41,265 nucleotides of DNA, from sequence record NC_107013.1; one strand, written 5' to 3'. Shown here piece after piece: positions 37,554 through 41,265 of the stretch. The DNA comes from a phage. Position 1 is the first letter of the stretch, and the number at the start of each line of letters is the position of its first letter. The position numbers were made by a program, and so were the translations under genes. Below the pieces are notes generated by a model. It was given only the letters and a program-made list of their open reading frames with translations, was not told where the DNA came from and did not search any database.

Positions 37554-37766
37554 TTATTTACAACCAGAAAACCACGCGCGCTCGGAATCATAGAAACGGC
37601 ATTTACTTAACACATCTACTGGCATCTTAATAATGCGCGTCGGTTCCGACAAATGGTTAGGCTTACATATTTCTGCATAGAATCCGCTGTCAGTAATTTC
37701 TGACGCAAACTTAAACCAGTATTTAACTTTACCGTTTTCAAAGTAACAACCCATACGCCCAATCAT
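37554..37766 (-). CDS. Hypothetical protein (70 aa)
   Basis: ATGA coupling to the upstream HTH gene. Confidence 0.45.
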   Translation of the reverse strand: MIGRMGCYFENGKVKYWFKFASEITDSGFYAEICKPNHLSEPTRIIKMPVDVLSKCRFYDSERAWFSGCK

Positions 37767-37945
37767 TTCACGTTCTCCTTAATCCACTCTTCAACTTTAT
37801 TACGGTCAAATGTTCCAGGCAAACGGCGGCCCATAACCTTAATACAACAATCCGGGAATTTACCACTGCGCAACCAGTTATTAATTGTCTGACGTGTCAC
37901 CCCGATACGCTCGGCTACTTCATTCTGGGTCATGTAATGTTGCAT
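37763..37945 (-). CDS. Small HTH DNA-binding protein (first gene of the leftward early operon)
   Basis: AGGAGA RBS before ATG 37945; motif EVAERIGVTRQTINNW. Confidence 0.6.
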   Translation of the reverse strand: MQHYMTQNEVAERIGVTRQTINNWLRSGKFPDCCIKVMGRRLPGTFDRNKVEEWIKENVK

Positions 37946-37976
37946 TTTTAAATCTCCTGTTTGTTTGGTGAAGCCA

Positions 37977-38005
37977 AGTATAGGATAGCGGGAATGTAAA
38001 AGCAA
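37977..38005 (-). promoter_or_regulatory. Sigma70-like promoter TTGCTT-N17-TATACT for the leftward early operon
   Basis: Hexamers and 17-bp spacer on the minus strand, divergent from 38053-38081. Confidence 0.45.
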
Positions 38006-38052
38006 CCAAAACACCACACAAAGTTACTAAGATGCAAAAGATGCTACTGGTA

Positions 38053-38081
38053 TTGACTTTTACTGAGAAATATGGTAAGCT
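38053..38081 (+). promoter_or_regulatory. Sigma70-like promoter TTGACT-N17-TAAGCT (TG-extended -10), copy 2
   Basis: Same -35/-10/spacer as 7668-7696. Confidence 0.55.
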
Positions 38082-38084
38082 CGT

Positions 38085-38197
38085 CCTGAGCTTGTGAAGT
38101 ATGAACAAGCGACCGCGGTGCGCGGCAGGCGAAACGAGCACGTCTCGACGTGTGGAGTGAGTCTCGCTGACGCATTCGGAAGGGCCATAGTCTATTG
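38085..38197 (+). ncRNA. Conserved promoter-proximal element, copy 2 (candidate small RNA or cis-acting leader)
   Basis: Paralogue of 7700-7810 with identical 5' 34 nt and conserved 3' block. Confidence 0.4.
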
Positions 38198-38268
38198 TAA
38201 TTCCCGCCTAAATATCTAAGTTACTGATTTGCCGTGGGTTATATCCGCAAGCTCACTCACTCACTCTT

Positions 38269-38302
38269 GGTGCCTTCGGCACCACGTTCGTTTCGTTTCG
38301 CT
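38269..38302 (+). terminator. Intrinsic terminator downstream of element copy 2
   Basis: GGTGCC-TTCG-GGCACC tetraloop hairpin then T-rich tract. Confidence 0.45.
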
Positions 38303-38350
38303 CGCTATCCCATTAAACTAAAGAACCACAACGGCAACGTAACTAATCTC

Positions 38351-38379
38351 TTGCACGCCCCAACATAATAGGATACTAT
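38351..38379 (+). promoter_or_regulatory. Class II promoter TTGCAC-N17-TACTAT with conserved spacer
   Basis: 33-bp near-identity with minus-strand promoter at 16338-16366. Confidence 0.5.
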
Positions 38380-38413
38380 TCACTTATCGAAACGAGACAG
38401 AGGAGTGAGGGTT

Positions 38414-38602
38414 ATGTTTAAGAATGGTCAGTTGGTTAAAGCTGTAAATAGCTATTATTGTGTTGTTGAAAGAGAGTCTGTCGTTTTTCTCGGAACTTAT
38501 AGGGTGCGTTTTCTCGGGAAAAGATTAGGCGCGGTAGATTGGTTCCGTGAAGACGAGCTAACACTCATCGGCAACAATTTTAAATTCAAAGGGGCGAAGT
38601 GA
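38414..38602 (+). CDS. Hypothetical protein (62 aa)
   Basis: GAGG RBS before ATG 38414. Confidence 0.5.
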   Translation: MFKNGQLVKAVNSYYCVVERESVVFLGTYRVRFLGKRLGAVDWFREDELTLIGNNFKFKGAK

Positions 38603-38802
38603 TGGAAGAATTATTTGAAGAACTGAAACATCATGATTTCGAGGAAATATATTTCGTAGCTGAACGCTACGAGGTGCATTTATCGGACGGGATTACAATT
38701 ATTACGATGGATAGCCAGCAAATGCTAAATAGCTTACAGGCAATCAAAACGGCATCGAATCGTGATGCTTGTGCCGACGACTCTGAGGGAGGTTGCCGTT
38801 AA
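38602..38802 (+). CDS. Hypothetical acidic protein (66 aa)
   Basis: TGATG coupling; AAGGGG RBS. Confidence 0.45.
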   Translation: MEELFEELKHHDFEEIYFVAERYEVHLSDGITIITMDSQQMLNSLQAIKTASNRDACADDSEGGCR

Positions 38803-38981
38803 TGCGAATCCGTATAACTGACCGCAGGCTTGTCCGTATAACTGACCGCAGGCTTATAGATTTCGGTATCTCGGTAGGTGATGTTTTTCCGGCGTTCAGC
38901 ATCAACCATTATGGTTTTATGATTGAGTACAAAGGGTCGTTATTGTTCGTGTATCGGGATGAATGTGAGGTTCTGGTATGA
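38802..38981 (+). CDS. Hypothetical protein containing an in-frame 8-aa duplication (RITDRRLV / RITDRRLI)
   Basis: TAATG coupling; ORF spans the 24-bp tandem repeat. Confidence 0.4.
   Translation: MRIRITDRRLVRITDRRLIDFGISVGDVFPAFSINHYGFMIEYKGSLLFVYRDECEVLV
38809..38856 (+). repeat. Tandem direct repeat, 2 x 24 bp (TCCGTATAACTGACCGCAGGCTT[G/A])
   Basis: Two adjacent copies differing at one position. Confidence 0.85.
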
Positions 38982-39133
38982 GAGAAGCATTTGAACGGTG
39001 GGCTGTGGTCGAGGGTCTGCCGGTTAACAAGGGTTCAAAGAAAGAGTACCTGAACGTTAAGACGCGTCTCGCGTGGCGGGCGTGGAAAGCTGGTGTGCAA
39101 TCCTTGATTGAAAGAGGTGTGAGGTATGGGTGA
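38978..39133 (+). CDS. Hypothetical small protein (51 aa)
   Basis: ATG 38978 overlapping the upstream stop. Confidence 0.35.
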   Translation: MREAFERWAVVEGLPVNKGSKKEYLNVKTRLAWRAWKAGVQSLIERGVRYG

Positions 39134-39326
39134 GTGGATTAAGTGTAGTGAGATGCTGCCGGGTAATGGGTATACGGATAAAGAGTTCCTGGTGTATGAA
39201 ACGTTAAATAACGCAGTTCAGCACGATTATTACATAGTTCCTGATGACGGGAGAAAGCCTTTCTGGAATCACTACGATAAGTACGTGACGCACTGGATGC
39301 CGTTACCCGAGCCGCCAGAAGTGTGA
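39126..39326 (+). CDS. DUF551-like phage protein
   Basis: Pattern W-KCSEMLPG...THWMPLPEPP resembles the DUF551 family. Confidence 0.5.
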   Translation: MGEWIKCSEMLPGNGYTDKEFLVYETLNNAVQHDYYIVPDDGRKPFWNHYDKYVTHWMPLPEPPEV

Positions 39327-39460
39327 TGTTCAATAGTTTGGGATTTTACTGAGTGACTTACGCTGCTACACAGCAGCGTACAACTTTAACTTAGTGTCGT
39401 CAAAAGGCGACACTTTCATCAAACGCAACAATCGAAGCGACTATTGCAGGAGATGCAACA

Positions 39461-39634
39461 ATGATTACTAAAGAACAGGCTGAACGACTAATCACGTTAA
39501 TCGACACGATGATTGACGTAAAAACCGATTTAGCAACGGCAACAGAGGAATCCGCTACCTGGTCGCTTGAAGAAAGAGAAGCAGAAGCGGAAAGGGGGTT
39601 ACTGGCGTTCATCGACTCCATAACACACCAATAA
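39461..39634 (+). CDS. Hypothetical small acidic protein (57 aa)
   Basis: AGGAG RBS before ATG. Confidence 0.4.
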   Translation: MITKEQAERLITLIDTMIDVKTDLATATEESATWSLEEREAEAERGLLAFIDSITHQ

Positions 39635-39641
39635 AATTTAC

Positions 39642-39670
39642 TTGCACACTAAGATAGAATAAGCTACTAT
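39642..39670 (+). promoter_or_regulatory. Promoter TTGCAC-N17-TACTAT (class II-like hexamers, divergent spacer)
   Basis: Hexamers and spacing. Confidence 0.4.
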
Positions 39671-39700
39671 TCATTTACACAAGCGAGAGGAGAGACAGAG

Positions 39701-39838
39701 ATGGGCTGGTACGGTAGCTGGACTTTAGGCGAACCGGTAGACGCTTACGAAATAATTAGTAGCACTTCGGTGTGTGACGGCGACACTAAATCGCTGCTAG
39801 TCGGGGTGGATGAGAAAAGGGGTGAAGCTGATGAGTAA
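39701..39838 (+). CDS. Hypothetical small protein (45 aa)
   Basis: GAGAGGAG RBS; stop overlaps next start. Confidence 0.4.
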   Translation: MGWYGSWTLGEPVDAYEIISSTSVCDGDTKSLLVGVDEKRGEADE

Positions 39839-40376
39839 CAAAAACGAAATATTCGAGTACCTGATCGACCAGCTACGGCAGCAGGTAAATAACAGCCGGA
39901 GCGAAGACCCGGCGCATGAGGTGCAGTCACTTAAGAATCAGTTACGTGATGCGTCGGCGCAGATTAAGGAGTTGCGGGAAGACAACATTAAGAAATCTGA
40001 GCACATATCGCACCTGACAGGGCAAGTTAAGGAGTTGCATCTGGCATTGGTCGAGGCTACTGGTGACGTGGAGGCATACAAACTTATCCGCAAAGGTGCG
40101 TACGGTTCGGAGCAATCTGGTTGCCGAAAAGAAGATACGCAGGAATGTGACCACAATTGGATTATCGCTCCAGGATTGTTTATTGCCGAAGGCCACAAGG
40201 ACAACGTGCCCGGTAGCCGGTTTTGCTGCGAATGTGGCAAGCGTGAGTGGGACGGACTTGAGTATGGGCCAACAGCCTGTACACGGGAGTGCAAACACAG
40301 TTTCTATTATGTAATAACAGATGGCTCCGCGCCGTTCGGTACGAAAGTATGTAAAACGTGCGGGGAATACTTCTGA
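39831..40376 (+). CDS. Predicted helical N-terminus plus Cys-rich zinc-ribbon-like C-terminus; candidate regulator
   Basis: C-terminal CCECG...C...C...CKTCG clusters. Confidence 0.5.
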   Translation: MSNKNEIFEYLIDQLRQQVNNSRSEDPAHEVQSLKNQLRDASAQIKELREDNIKKSEHISHLTGQVKELHLALVEATGDVEAYKLIRKGAYGSEQSGCRKEDTQECDHNWIIAPGLFIAEGHKDNVPGSRFCCECGKREWDGLEYGPTACTRECKHSFYYVITDGSAPFGTKVCKTCGEYF

Positions 40377-40579
40377 TGACCAGCATCTTATTTATCTGGG
40401 TACTGTCGGCGGGCCAGATGCAACTAGCGGCATCGGAAACGTTTTATTCGACGGAGGCGTGCCAGTCCGCGGCACGCGCCGCAGAGAACGCACACTTCCT
40501 GTTTCAGGGCGACAAGCCCAACGATTCAGAGGTACGCGCTATCTGCTCACCTAAGCGACTTGGCAATCAGGAGAAATAA
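40376..40579 (+). CDS. Small protein with N-terminal signal-peptide-like segment
   Basis: N-terminal hydrophobic MTSILFIWVLSAGQMQLAAS; TGATG coupling. Confidence 0.45.
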   Translation: MTSILFIWVLSAGQMQLAASETFYSTEACQSAARAAENAHFLFQGDKPNDSEVRAICSPKRLGNQEK

Positions 40580-40872
40580 TGTCGTTAGCAACTGACATCC
40601 TGAAACGAAGCGGCCTTGCGCCGCTGTCGCCGAGAGCGAATACGCGTATACACAAGCGCCGCCGTAACGCGCTGTACCCTGAGATTCAGGCCCGACGCAA
40701 AGCTATCCGCGCCTGTGGCTTCCAGAACGGGAAGGCCGTTAATCTCGGTGAGTTCAAAACACAGGAACGTGCAGCTATAGCTAATCGGTTATTTAATTAC
40801 TGGAAATCGCTTGGATACGATGATATTCCAACGAAACCCCAGAGACGACAATACATCTGGAGACATAAATAA
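40579..40872 (+). CDS. Hypothetical basic protein (97 aa)
   Basis: AGGAG RBS; Arg/Lys-rich. Confidence 0.5.
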   Translation: MSLATDILKRSGLAPLSPRANTRIHKRRRNALYPEIQARRKAIRACGFQNGKAVNLGEFKTQERAAIANRLFNYWKSLGYDDIPTKPQRRQYIWRHK

Positions 40873-40947
40873 ACCGTTATTAGGATAATTCCTAACCGTG
40901 CTATCCTCCAGTTACTGCATACTTAATACGCACCTGGAGGATTCATC

Positions 40948-41256
40948 TTGGATAAATTTACTGAAACAGTGACAGGCTGGCTTCTCGCTGCCGCACTAGC
41001 CGGAGGGGTCATCGGCCTACGACAACATAAGTCCGTTATTTCTGGCCCTATCGACGGCTTTTGCTTCATTGCAACTGGCTTCACTTGCGCCGTATTTGGT
41101 GCGCCTCTCGCGGCTCAATGGTTCGGTATTACCGGTGAGCGTGAAATCGCGGGCCTGGGCTTCATTATCGCTGTTCTCTGGATGCCTATCTATTCCCGCC
41201 TCTCCGGTATCGTCGCCGGAGAATACATCGCACGTCGAGGAGGCCCGGATGAATGA
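40948..41256 (+). CDS. Holin (about 3 predicted TM segments), TTG start
   Basis: GGAGG RBS 7 nt before TTG; three hydrophobic segments; immediately upstream of holin 2 and endolysin across the wrap-around. Confidence 0.6.
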   Translation: MDKFTETVTGWLLAAALAGGVIGLRQHKSVISGPIDGFCFIATGFTCAVFGAPLAAQWFGITGEREIAGLGFIIAVLWMPIYSRLSGIVAGEYIARRGGPDE

Positions 41257-41265
41257 ATTATTCTG

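Noticed and set aside
1-41265. Temperate lifestyle features (integrase, attachment site, CI-type repressor), tRNAs, CRISPR array
   Set aside because: None recognised on either strand; the only Cro-like gene is a 71-aa XRE protein with no partner repressor.

Overview
The window is a complete, wrap-around copy of a ~41.1 kb tailed-phage genome: positions 1-127 are identical to 41139-41265, so the unique length is about 41,138 bp. Gene content and order fit a virulent siphovirus of the Jersey/K1G-like (Guernseyvirinae-like) type; no integrase, CI-type repressor, tRNA or CRISPR array was seen. The plus strand carries the late genes: two holin-like genes and a GH24 endolysin, a run of tightly overlapping small ORFs, terminase small and large subunits, portal, head morphogenesis protein, an overlapped Rz/Rz1 spanin pair, scaffold, major capsid, head-tail joining proteins, major tail protein, tape measure, tail-tip proteins, and a 984-aa tailspike that looks like a K1 endosialidase with a C-terminal S74 chaperone domain. 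The minus strand carries the early/replication genes: SNF2 helicase, C5 cytosine methyltransferase, VRR-NUC, family A DNA polymerase, DUF2815/DUF2800 pair, primase-helicase and HTH regulators. A separate minus-strand cassette (dNMP-kinase-like, HAD phosphatase, HTH-metallophosphoesterase, Imm-like membrane protein) sits inside the tail module. The most unusual signal is non-coding: a ~110-nt conserved element present twice (7700-7810 and 38085-38197), each directly downstream of an identical TTGACT-N17-TAAGCT promoter and upstream of an intrinsic terminator, with conservation at the nucleotide level but not in any reading frame. This is a candidate small RNA or put/qut-like antitermination element. 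There are also two families of near-identical promoter-operator sequences. All calls rest on reading the sequence and recalled family motifs; no searches or folding were run.
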